In this document: positions 50,460-62,613 of the stretch, one piece after another
Layout of the letters: every line of letters starts with the position of its first letter
How positions within the stretch are numbered: the first letter of the stretch is position 1
Source of the DNA: Pristiophorus japonicus
Taxonomy: Eukaryota
Assembly: GCF_044704955.1 (NCBI RefSeq)
Contig: NC_091990.1
Span: forward strand, 156,612,001-156,676,000
Length of the DNA: 64,000 nt
Direction of reading: 5' to 3'
Program-made: the position numbers and the translations under genes
Notes under the pieces: model-generated
Told to the model about the DNA's origin: nothing
What the model saw: only the letters and a program-made list of their open reading frames with translations
Databases searched by the model: none

Positions 50460-50659
50460 GTTACCATTATTTTTTTTAAATTTAACATAACATTGTTGTG
50501 CATTTTCTCAGATAACTGTAACATTAAACAGTGGCAATTCCTTACCATGAAAGGGGATAATTAAACATAACTTAAATCAACTTTAACTGTCACCAAGGTA
50601 ATGCACACCATTCATGTATGAGCTGCAGACACAGCAGTCTTGCAGCTGTGAAAATACCA

Positions 50660-51872
50660 GCAATGTTACTTCCAGCAAAGTGTTCATTTATGAGTTGCTG
50701 ACGTAACAGTCTTGCAGCTATGTAGCCACCACGGGCCCTTTCCTGCAGTCTAAGGGAGGGGCGGGGGCATGGCTTCATTGTCAGCCTGATTGTCTGCCCC
50801 GAGGGTCATCATCTACCTTCTCCTCTTCCTCTCCTAAGGTGAACCAGCAGTCCCTTCTGGCAATTCCTACCCCCTCCTGATAGCCAAGTTATACAGCAAG
50901 CAGCACACCACCATGAATTGAGCTACCTGCTCAGGGTGATATTGCAACTCGCCTCCTGAGTGGTCCAGGCATCTAAAGCGCTGCTTAAGCACTCCAATTG
51001 TATTTTTGATGATATTGCGTGTGGCTATGTGGCTTTTGTTGTATCGCTTCTCAGCTTCTGTCTGGATCTTACGCAGGGGGGTCATCAGCCAGGTGGCGAG
51101 TTCATATCCTTTGTCACCAAGCTTCCAGCATTGACCTTGTGGCTGACTGGTAAACATGTCAGATACAGCGCTCTCACACAGGATGTGAGCATCATGGATG
51201 TTGCCTGGAAATTTGGCATTTACTGCCATTATTATTTGTTTGTGGTCGACAAGGAGTTGCACACTCAGGGAGTGGAATCCCTTTTTGTTCTGAAAAACCT
51301 CTGCATCCTAAAAAGGTGCTTGCATGGCGATGTGTGTACAGTCTATTGCTCCCTGCACCTTGGGGAAGTTTGCTATTCTCGAGAATCCTAGAGCCCTCTC
51401 AGTCTGTGCCTCCCTTGTCATAGGGAAACTTATAAAATCCATCCTGCGTGCGTAAAGGGCTTTAGTCACCTGTCGAATGCAGCAATGTGTGACGTGCTGA
51501 GAGATAACGCAAATGTCACCAGCTGAGGCCTGAAAGGAGCCCAATGCATAGAAGGAAAGTGCCACAGTTACCTTGACCTCAACAGACAGTGCGGTCCTGA
51601 TGGTGCTATTAAGCTGTAGATCTCCCCTAATGAGCTGGCATATCTCACTGATGATCTCCTTCCGGAAGCGCAGTCTCCAAGCCACGTGTTCTCGGACAAG
51701 ATCAGTTAAGACCGCTTCTTCCTGTAAGTGCGTGGGTGTAAGTTCTCCTCCCACTCCTCAGTCTGCCACCTCTTTGATTGGGCACATAATGCTCATCAAT
51801 ATACCTTGTCCCATCTCTAGTCTGCAGCATGTGAGTAGTCATCAATACAGGCTGAGAAATTACAGACCCCAT
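50660..51872 (-). pseudogene. Harbinger (HARBI1-like, DDE_Tnp_4) transposase, disrupted
   Basis: ORFs 51308..51754 and 50867..51262 are one frame split by a TAG at 51308-51310; GAIDCTH, NKKGFHS, HDA, GDKGY, LKQRFRCL motifs. Confidence 0.9.
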
Positions 51873-52997
51873 TACAATAACAATCAGTATTATACCTATT
51901 CTTCATAAACAATAAATTTACCTACTCAAACTCATAAAATAAATTCAATTTGTCCACAGTAAGATAAGATCTTTGTTCAAATTTTCAAATCACCTTAAAA
52001 TAATTCCAGATTACATCAAAACTCCCCAGAACTTGAAGCAGCCTTTTATATGAAAGGTCCTCTGATTTACACAATGGCGTCCATACCACTGGGTTAAGGT
52101 CAGGTGAGTGCAGCTTTTTTTCAGCATTTTTTTTCGGTGAGTGGTATTTTCGGTGATATATGGGCGATATGCCGAAAGTAACGCTCACCGATATTATGGC
52201 GTTAGTCGTGTTTATTCTGAGCCTTTACAGCAAAAAAAAAATGGGCCGGCGGTTTTATTAATTCTCAGCATTAACTAGATGCCGAAAGTAACGCTGGGCA
52301 ATAAGTGAGTGCTAAATGGGTGTTACTTTCCATTTTTTTGTGAAATGGGTGATAAATGGGCGTTATACTTCATCTCAGCATTAAAATGGATGGTAAGTGG
52401 GCGGTAGTGATGCAAAGCTGATGGAAAGTCTAGCCCTATGTCTTTGAATATATTCAAGACAGAAATCAATAGATTTTTGGATATTAGGGCAATCAAGGGA
52501 TATGGGGATAGTGTGGGAAAGTGGAGTTGAGGTAAAAAAATCAGCCATGATCTCATTGAATGGCGGAGCAGGCTCGAAGGGCTGAATGGCCTACTCCTGC
52601 TCCTATTTCTTATGTTCTTACGTTTTCCCTTTATTTGAAATCAAGACTCATTATAATAGTCTCCTAACCATTCTTTCCCAGGAAACCAAAAACAGTGGAA
52701 CTCCATACATTCCTTAGTCTTTCCCTCCTTCTACAATGTACAGACTATTAAAAACTAGGCTCAGCATCACCTTATCATTAACAAAGTGACCAGAGCAAAA
52801 TTGGGTTCATTGGCATTTGATGTCCAAAAGGAACTTTTAAGGATCACTTCTGACTGACAGTGCTCTTAGCTGCTGCAATTTCTTGCTGGACTTTGTCAAC
52901 AGAACCAGGAATCAGAAGTGGTATCAGTTGTTTCATTTTGCCAAAAATCTTTTTGCAGTCCTCAACACTGGATGAATCAACAGAAGCAACTGTACAA

Positions 52998-55900
52998 CCC
53001 AACTTTAACAAAGGAGACTACAAAGGTATGAAGGCAGAGTTGGCGAAAGTGTACTGGGAAAATAAATTAAGGTGTGGGACAATTGATGAGCAGTGGCAGA
53101 CATTTGAGGAGATATTTCATAACTCTCAACAAAAATATATTCCAATGAGAAGGAAAGACAGTAAGAGAAGGAATAACCATCTGTGGCTAACTAAGGAAAT
53201 AAGGGATGGTATCAAATTAAAAACAAGGGCATACAAAGTGGCCAAGACTAGTGGGAGGCCGCAGGATTGGGAACATTTTAAAAGCCAGCAAAGAATGACT
53301 AAAGAAATAATAAAGAGAGGGAAGATAGATTATGAATGCAAACTAGCACGAAAAATTAAAAAAATAGTAAGTTTCTACAGGTACATAAAAAGAAAAGAGT
53401 GACTAAAATAAATGTTGGTCCCTCAGAGGATGAGACTGGGTAATTAATAATGGGGAACAGGGTAATGGCAGAGACTTTGAACAAATATTTTGGATCAGTC
53501 TTCATAGTAGAAGACACTAAAAACACTCCTATAGTGGATAATCAAGGGGCTATAGGGAGGGAGGAACTTAATACAATCACTATTACTAAATAAGTAGTAC
53601 TCAGTAAAATAATGGGACTAAAGGCAGACAAGTCTCCTGGACCTGATGGTATGCATCTTAGCGTCTTAAAAGAAGTGGCTGCAGAGATAGAAGATGCATT
53701 CGTTGTAATCTACCAAAATTCCCTGAAGTCTGGGGAGGTCCCAGCGGATTGGAAAACTCCAAATGTAATGCCCGTATTTAAAAAAAGGAGGCAGACAGAA
53801 AGCAGGAAGCTATAGACCAGGTAGCCTAACATCTGTCGTTGGGAAAATGCTGGAGTCCATTATTAAGGAAGCAGTAGCAGGACATTTGGAAAAGCATGAT
53901 TCAATCAAGCAGAGTCAACATGGTTTTATGAAAGGGAAATCATGTTTGACAAATTTACTGGAGTTCTTTGAGGATGTAACAAGCAGGGTGGATATAGAAA
54001 CATAGAAACGTAGAAAATAGGAGCAGTAGTAGGCCATTCGGCCCTTCGAGTCTGCACCGCCATTCAATATGCATGGCTGATCCTCTATCTCAACACCATA
54101 TTCCCGCTTTTTCCCCATACCCCTTGATGCCTTTTGTTTCTAGAAATCTAACCATCTCCCTCTTAAATATATTCAGTGACTTGGCCTCCACAGCCTTCTA
54201 TGGTAGAGAATTCCACAGATTCAACACTTTCTGAGTGAAAACATTTCTCCTCATCTCAGTCCTAAATTTCCTACCCCATATCCTGAGACTGTGACCCCTT
54301 GTTCTAGACTTCCCAGCCAGGGGAAACATCCTCCCTGCATCCAGTCTATCCAACCCAGTCAGAATTGTATATGTTTCAATGAGATGTCGTCTCATTCTTC
54401 TAAACTCTAGTGAATACAGGCTTAGTCGACCCAATCTCTCCTCGTATGACAGTCCTGCCATCCCAGGAATCAGTCTGGTGAACTTTCGTTGCACTCCTTC
54501 TATGACAAGTATATCCTTTCTTAGGTAAGGAGACCAAAACTGCACACAATACTCCAGGTGTGGCCTCACCAAGGCCCTGTATAACTGTAGTAAGACATCC
54601 ATGCCCCTGTACTCAAATCGTCTTGCAATGAAGGCCAACATGCCATTTGCCTTCCTAACTGCTTGCTGCACCTGCATGTTTGCTTTCAATGACTGGTGTT
54701 CAAGGACACCTCTGTACATCGACACTTCCCAAGCCATCACCATTTAAATAATATTTTGTCCTTATGTTTTTCCTACAAAAGTGGATAACTTCTCATTTAT
54801 CCATGTTATACGGCATCTGCCATGTGTTTGCCCACTCACTCAACCTATCTAAATCACCTTGCAGCGTCTTTGCATCCTCCTCACAACTTACAATCCCACT
54901 TAGTTTTGTGTCATCAGCAAACTTGGAAATATTACATTTGGTTCCCTCATCTAAATCATTTATATATATATTGTGAATAGCTGGGGCCCAAGCACTGATT
55001 GGTCCCTGTGGTACCCCATTAGTCACTGCCTGCCACCCTGAAAAAGACCCATTTATTCCTACTTTCTGATTCTTGTCAGTTAACCAATTTTCAATCCATG
55101 CCAATAAGGGATGTGGTGTATTTGAATTTCCAGAAGGCATTCGATAAGGTGCCACATAAAAGGTTACTGCACAGAATAAACTTCCCGGGGTTGGGAGTAA
55201 TATATTAGCATGGATAGAGAACTAACAGAAAACAGAGAGTTGGGATAAATGGGTCATTTTCCGTTTGGCAAACGATAACAAGTGGGGTGCCACAGGGATC
55301 GGTGCTGGGGCCTCAACTATTTACAATCTATATTAATGACTTAGAAGAAGGGACCGAATGTAATGTAGCCAAGTTTGCTGATGATACAAAAATGGTGGGA
55401 GAGTAAATTGTGAGGAGATCACAAGATATCTACAAAGGAATATAGATAGGCTAAGTGAGTGGGCAAAAATTTGGTAGATGGAGTATAATATGTGAAAATG
55501 TACGGTTATCCACTTTGGCAGAAAAAATAGAAAAGCAAATTATAATTTAAATGGAGAAAAATTGCAGAGTGCTGCAGTACAGAGGAACCTGGGGGTCTTT
55601 GTGCATGAAACACAAAAAGGTAGTATGCAAGTACAGCAAGTAATCAGGAAGGCAAATGGAATGGTGGCCTTTATTGCAAGGGGGGGTGGAGTATAAAAGT
55701 AGAGAAGTCCTGCTACAACTGTGCAGGGTATTGGTGAGGCCGCACCTAAAGTACTGCATACAGTTTTAGTTTCTGTATTTAAGGAAGGATATACTTGCAT
55801 TGGAGGCTGTTCAGATAAGGTTCACTAGGTTGATTCCGGAGATGAGGGGCTTGACTTATGAAGATAGGTTGAGTCGGTTAGGTCGATACTCATTGGAGTT

Positions 55901-56310
55901 CAGAAAAATGAGAGGTGATCTTATCGAAACATATAAGATAATGAGGGGGCTCGACAAGGTGGATGCAGAGAGGATATTTCCACTCATAGGGGAAACTAAA
56001 ACTAAGGGGTCTACGCTCAGAATAAGCGGCCACCCATTTAAAACTGAGATGAGGAGGAATTTCTTCTCTCAGAGGGTTGTAAATCTGTGGAAGTCTCTGC
56101 CCCAGAGAGCTGCGGAGGCTGGTTCATTCAATATACTTAAGGCGGAATTAGGCAGATTTTTAACGATAAGGTAGTAAAGGGTTATGGGGAGCGGGCAGGG
56201 AAGGGGAGCTGAGTCCATGATCAGATCAGCCATGATCTTATTGAATGGCGGTTCAGGCTCTAGGGACTGAATGGCCTACTCCTGCTCTTATGTTCTTATG
56301 TTCTTATGTT
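52998..56310 (+). mobile_element. CR1 LINE, 5'-truncated, interrupted by an antisense CR1
   Basis: ORFs 52860..53402 (3' part), 53612..53815, 55800..56174; (TTCTTATG)n tail. Confidence 0.9.
53994..55103 (-). mobile_element. CR1 LINE 3' part inserted antisense in a CR1
   Basis: ORFs 54793..55155 and 54198..54743; ATAGAAAC tail at ~53994. Confidence 0.9.
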
Positions 56311-56669
56311 TGCTTGCCCAAGGATTTTTGAGTAAATTAGAACATAGAAGACTAGCTCCAACACATAAAGTCGTGTTATCCTCTGGATTTATAGATGACC
56401 ATATAACACAGAAATCACAGTTGTGGGCAGTTGACCTTTTAGATCTTATTAAGGATTTGGTTCAAGTAGACTATAGAAGATAAAAATTAGAACATTGATA
56501 CAAAATTGTTTATAATGTCTTTCAAATGCATATGGCTCTAAATTAAATGTATCAAGTTTCAATCTTTTCTAAAAAAACTATAATTTTGTTTTGGAACACC
56601 TCTGCCGATATTTATTTTTTGTTGTATTTTTCCCCTTATCTTCCCTCCACTTAGAAGGCACAATCTTGT

Positions 56670-57000
56670 TGGGTTCAGTTCCATGAATGCTGGCAGTCCT
56701 CAAGGCATCTTATTAAAATAGCCTAGACAGTGCGTGTCAGACTCAGTCACAAAGGGAATCACAGCCAAACCAGATCTTGTCAAAACAGATGTACTTTCAA
56801 GCAAGAGTAAGTAGAGAGCAAGCAGCAGTGGGAAGCTTGGCTGACTTCCTAACCCAATGGTGTTGAAGCCAATTTTAATGCTCTAATTACTGTACCTGCT
56901 GAGATCAATTAGCTCAGGCAAGACCAGGAGTGAAATCTGTGACCTGCTAATCTGCATGGCTTAGTACTATGCATAGTGCTGCCTTTGCACACTGGAACCT
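56670..57000 (-). mobile_element. Highly decayed ancient SINE-like element
   Basis: Minus strand CTGAGCTAATTGATCTCAGC...AATTGGCTTCA resembles a recalled old vertebrate tRNA-SINE core; family not assignable. Confidence 0.3.
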
Positions 57001-57167
57001 TAGATGGCTAGTAGTAACATTCTTGAGGTTGGCTCCCCAATGAATGCCAGCAAGCCCATTGGATTACAGCAGACCATAATAAACCATGATAACAATGGGG
57101 GTAAAATTAATTTTGGATTATTCATTCAGTTTTCAGGTGAAACTGATCTTATTGCACACAAGCACAC

Positions 57168-59722
57168 GGTAATCTACATATTGATTGGGCTAACCAAACT
57201 GGTAGAAATATTGAGGAGGAGGATTTCCTGGAGTGTATAAGGGATGGTTTTCTAGACCAATATGTCGAAGAACCAACTAGAGAGCAGGCCATCCTAGACT
57301 GGGTCTTGTGTAACGAGAGAGGATTAATTAGCAATCTGGTCATGCGGGGCCCCTTGGGGAAGTGACCATAATATGGTAAAATTCTTCATTAAGATGGAGA
57401 GTGACACAATTAATTCAGAGACTAGGGTCCTGAACTTAAAGAAAGGAAACTTCAATGGTATGAGACATGAATTGGCTAGGATAGACTGGAGAATGATACT
57501 TAAAAGGTTGACGGTGCATAGGTAATGGCAGACATTTAAATATCACATGGATGAATACAACAATTGTACATCCCTGTCTGGCATAAGAATAAAAAAGGGA
57601 AGGTGGCTCAACTGTGGCTAACAAGGGAAATTAGGGAAAGTGTTAAATCCAAATAAGAGGTATATAAATTGGCCAGAAAAAGCAGCAAACCTGAGGACTG
57701 GGAGAAATTTAGAATTCAGCAGAGGAGGACTAAGGGTTTCATTAGGAGGGGGAAAATAGAGTATGAGAGTAAGCTTGCAGGGAACATAAAATCTGACTGC
57801 AAAAGCTTCTATAAAATATGTGAAGAGAAAAAGATTAGTGAAGACTAATGTAGGTCCCTTGCAGTCAGAATCAGGTGAATTCATAATGGGGAACAAGGAA
57901 ATGGCAGACCAATTGAAACATAGAAACGTAGAAACATAGAAAATACGTGCAGGAATAGGCCAATCGGCCCCTCGAGCTTGCACCATCATTCAATAAGATC
58001 ATGGCTGATCATCACCTCAGTACCCCTTTCCTGCTTTCTCTCCATACCCCTTGAGACCCTTAGCCATAAGGACCATATCTAACTCCCTAATTGAACAAAT
58101 ACTTTGGTTCTCTCTTCACTAAAGATGACACAAATAACCTCCCAAAAATACTAGGGGACTGAGGGTCTAGCGAGTAGGGGGAACTGAGGGAAATCCTTAT
58201 TAGTCAAGAAATGGTGTTAGGGAAATTGAAGGAACTAAAGGCCGATAAATCCCAAGGGCTGATAGTCTGCATCCCAGAGTACTGAAGGAAGTGGCCTTAG
58301 AAATAGTAGATGCATTGGTGGTCATTTTCCAACATTCCATGGACTCTGGTTCAGTTCCTATGGATTGGAGGATAGCTTATGTAACCCAACTTTTAAAAAA
58401 AGGAGGGAGAGCAAAAACAGGGAATTATATGCTGGAATCAATTATTAAAGATGTAATAGCGGCGCATTTGGAAAGTAGTGACAGGATCGGTCCAAGTCAG
58501 CAGGGATTTATGAAAGGGAAATCTTGCTTGACAAATCTTCTGGAATTTTTTGAGGATGTAACTGGTAGAGTGGACAAGGGAGAACCAGTGGATGTGATGT
58601 ATTTGGACTTTCAAAAGGCTTTTGACAAGGTCCCACACAAGAGATTAGTGTGCAAAATTAAGGCACATAGTACTGGGGGTAATGTATTGATGTGGATAGA
58701 GAACTGGTTGGCAGACAGGAAACAAAGAGTGGGAATAAACGGGTCCTTTTCTGAATGGCAGACAGTGACTAGTGGGGTGCCACAGGGTTCAGTGCTGGGA
58801 CCCCGGCTATTTACAATATACAGTAATGATTTAAATGAAGGAATTGAATGTAATATCTCGAAGTTCGCAGATGACACTAAGCTGGGTGGCAGTGCGAGCT
58901 GCGAGGAGGATGCTAGGAGGCTGCAGGTGGGCTTGAACAGGTTAGGTAAATGGGCAAATGCATGGCGGATGCAGTATAATGTGGATAAGTGTGAGGTTAT
59001 CCACTTTGGTGGCAAATACAGGAAGGCAGATTATTATCTGAATGGTGACAGATTAGTAAAAGGGGAGGTGCAACGAGACCTGGGTGTCATGATACATCAA
59101 TCATTGAAGGTAGGCATGCAGGTACAGCAGGCAGTAAAGAAAGCAAGTGGTATGCTGGCCTTCATAGCGAGGGGATTTGAGTATAGGAGCAAGGAGGCCT
59201 TACTGCAGTTGTACCGGGCCTTAGTGAGACCACACCTTGAGTACTGTGTGCAGTTTTGTACTCCTAATCTGAGGAAGGATGTTCTTGCTATTGAGGGAGT
59301 GCAGTGAAGGTTCACCAGACTGATTCCCGGGATGGCAGAACTGACATATGAAGAAAGACTGGATCGACTAGGCTTATATTCACTAGAATTTAGAAGAATG
59401 AGAGGAGATCTATTAGAAACATATAAAATTCTGATGGGATTGGACAGGTTAGATGCAGGAAGAATGTTCCCGATGTTGGGGAAGTCCAGAAGCAGAGGTC
59501 ACAGTCTAACGATAAGGGGTAAGCCATTTAGGACCGAGATGAGGAGAAACTTTTTCATTCAGAGAATTGTGAACCTATGGAATTCTCTACCATAGAAAGT
59601 TGTTAAGGCCAGTTCTTTAGATACATTCAAAAGGGAGTTAGATGTGGCCCTTATGGCTAAAGTGATCAAGGTGTATGGAGAGAAAGCAGGATTGGGGTAC
59701 TGAAGTTGCATGAGCAGCCATG
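57168..59722 (+). mobile_element. CR1 LINE, 5'-truncated
   Basis: ORFs 58291..59307 and 59332..59595; 3' end cut within the 3'UTR by the next copy. Confidence 0.95.
57918..58088 (-). mobile_element. 171-bp CR1 3'UTR inserted antisense, with 7-bp TSD
   Basis: AATTGAA duplicated at 57911-57917 and 58089-58095; ATAGAAAC tail. Confidence 0.85.
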
Positions 59723-61391
59723 ACATTCTGGAAATACTAGGGGACCGAGGTTCTAGCGAGAAGGAGGAATTGAAGGAAATCCTTATTAGTCAGCAAATTG
59801 TGTTCGGGAAATTGATGGGATTGAAGGCCGATAAATCCCTGGGGCCCGATAGTTTGCATCCCAGAGTAATTAAGGAAGTGGTCCTAGAAATAGTGGATGC
59901 ATTGGTGATCATTTTCCAACAGTCTATTGACTCTGGATCAGTTCCTATGGACTGGAGGGTAACTAATGTAACACCACTTTTTAAAAAAAGAGGCAGAAAG
60001 AAAACAGGGAATTATAGACCATTTAGCCTGACATCAGTAGTGGGGAAAATGTTGGAATCAATTATTAAGGATGAAATAGCAGCGCATTTGGAAAGCAATG
60101 ACAGGATCGGTCCAAGTCAGCATAGATTTATGAAAGGGAAATCATGCTTGACAAATCTTCTAGAATTTTTTGAGGATGTGACTAGTAGAGTGGACAAGGG
60201 AAAACCAGTGGATGTGGTGTATTTGGACTTTCAAAAGGTTTTTGACAAGGTCCCAAACAAGAGATTGGTTTGCAAAATTAAAGCACATTGTATTGGAGGT
60301 AATGTACTGAAGTGGATAGAGAACTGGTTGGCAGACAGGAAGCAGAGAGTCAGAATGGCAGGCAGTGACTAGTGGGGTGCCGCAGGTTTCAGTGTTGGGA
60401 CCCCAGCTATTTACAATATACATCAATGATTTAGATGATGGAATTGAGAGTAATATCTCCAAGTTTGCAGATGACACTAAACTGGGTGGCGGTGTGAGCT
60501 GTGAGGAGAATGCTAAGAGGCTGCAGGATGACTTGGACAGGTTAGGTGAGTGGGCAAATGCATGGCAGATGTAGTATAATGTGGATAAATGTGAGGTTAA
60601 CCACTTTGGTGGCAAAAACACGGAGGCAGAATATAATCTGAATGGCAGCAGATTAGGAAACTTAGGCAACGAGAACCGGGTGTCATGGTACACAGTCATT
60701 GAAGGTTGGCATGCAGGTGCAGCAGGCGGTGAAGAAGGTAAATGGCATGTTGGCCTTCATAGCTAGGGAATTTGAGTATAGGAGCAGGGAGGTCTTGCTG
60801 CAGCTGTACAGGGCTTTGGTTCGGCCTCACCTGGAATATTGTGTTCAGTTTTGGTTTCCTAATCTGAGGAAGGACGTTCTTGCTATTGAGGAAGTGCAGC
60901 GAAGGTTCACCAGATTAATTCCCGGGATGGCAGGACTGACATATGAGGAGAGACTGGATCGACTTGGCCTGTATTTACTGGAGTTTAGAAGAATGAGAGG
61001 GGATCTCATGGAAACATATAAAATTCTGATGGGACTGGACAGGTTAGATGCAGGAAGAATGTTCCCAATGTTGGAGGAGTCCAGAACCAGGGGTCACAGT
61101 CTAAGGATAAGGGGTAAGCCATTTAGGACCGAGATGAGGAAAAACTTCTTCACTCAGGGTTGTTAACCTGTGGAATTCTCTTCTGCAGAGATTTGTTGAT
61201 GCCAGTTTGTTAGATATATTCAAGAGGGAGTTGGATATGGCCCTTACGGCTAAAGGGATCAAGGGGTATGGAGAGAAAGCAGGAAAGGGGTACTGAGATG
61301 AATAATCAGCCATGGTCTTATTGAATGGTGGTGCAGGCTCGAAGGGCTGAATGTTCTATTCCTGCACCTATTTTCTATGTTTCTATGTTTC
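59723..61391 (+). mobile_element. CR1 LINE, 5'-truncated, fused in tandem to the previous copy
   Basis: ORFs 59710..60372, 60365..60574, 60699..61166; (TTTCTATG)n tail. Confidence 0.95.
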
Positions 61392-61689
61392 AAGCATCTA
61401 AACATGACATGGAGGCAGGCTAGCAGACTTGTAGAGAAATGGGTGATGGGTTCTGCAATATTGGGGAGAAGATGTGTTATTAGAAGGTGGACAACATTGC
61501 AGAGGAGGAAGAATGATCTTGGTAATGAAAGCATGTGGTGGAAGAAGTACGGCTCAATGTTGATTGTTGCCTACCTCTTTGCATGGCACCCAGAAAAATT
61601 AATGTGGTTAAGGCCTGAAGAATGGAGGCATTGGCAAGATATGAAGATGATGGCATCTGTTTTGTTGATAATAAACTGGATGAATTTTT

Positions 61690-62165
61690 GGCTTATCAAG
61701 TCCTAAAGTTAGGCATGGAGAGCAAAGTACAAGAACAGCCAATGGACATGTGGAGGAGCTGAAGAATTCAAGCTGAGTGCCATTAGCAAATATCTGGAAA
61801 CTTACCCATTGCTTCCAAATGATGTCACCAAGGAGCAGTATAGGAGTAAATAAAGTGATCAATGCTCGGTGGAAAAAATTGTGCAGTTGAATGAAAATAA
61901 ACCATTTCAGTGTATTCTTTATGATTGGTTTGAGTGGAACCAGAAGAGGGGAGTGTCATGGAGGTAGATTGCAGAGAGAAAGGTTGGCGATGGAAGGGAT
62001 GCTGGATGGTATCAAAAACAGAAAGTTCAAGGACAATGGGAGACAGTAAATCACACAAGTTGATGTACAGCATGTCAGTTGTGGCTTTGACCAAAGCCAT
62101 GGATGGTGTGAAAGCAACATTAGAGTTCTCTCAAACAAGGAGTGATGGGAAAGATTGCATATAGC
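61690..62165 (-). mobile_element. Old L2-like RT fragment
   Basis: ALVKATTDML...IVLELSVFDTIQH resembles L2 ALVKVTND...LLDLSAAFDT. Confidence 0.55.
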
Positions 62166-62613
62166 GCTGAAATTACATCAATATTGAAAATCTGAATATC
62201 ACGACGACTAATTGTTTAAAAATTGTTCAACCTATCCTGTAATGCTGAATAAATTAGTTTACAATTACAGTAATGGACATCAAAACATAACTTTCACTAA
62301 AAGTGTTCCAGGCGCGCAAGATTCAATTTAAGCATTGCTCACAAAACTAGACATGATTGTGATTTATGCACATACAAGTATGTTTTGCTTTTTATGTGGG
62401 ATTCTAGTTTTTGGCACATTTTCTGAGTACTGATTACAAATTTATGATGATTTATTGCCAGAGTTGGTACATGTACAGTTTTGGATTAGGGAGTCTAGTT
62501 TTTTGATCAGGTTGGTCAGAATATTCTAAAATGTAAACTTTGCACCAAAATGTTCTCTTTTTAAGTAATTTATTTCTCCCATTTAATTCTATGTTGCAAC
62601 AGTTATTTACTGT

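Larger units (their letters stand above)
43417..52436. mobile_element. Full-length decayed PIF/Harbinger DNA transposon
   Basis: TIR GGCTAGACTTTCCAT / ATGGAAAGTCTAGCC; imperfect 3-bp TSD (CAT/TAT); subterminal AAATGGGCGTTA repeats; convergent Myb-like and transposase genes. Confidence 0.9.
43300..52620 (+). mobile_element. CR1 3' end (43300-43416 + 52437-52620) split by the Harbinger insertion
   Basis: ACTAGAGGCCATAGTCTCAGAATAAGG...GTGGAGGCTCA | GTCTTTGAATATATTCAAG...(TTCTTATG)n. Confidence 0.85.

Noticed and set aside
50660-51872. Domesticated HARBI1 or NAIF1/MSANTD host genes
   Set aside because: In-frame stop, frameshifts, flanking TIRs and insertion into a CR1 show a decayed transposon.
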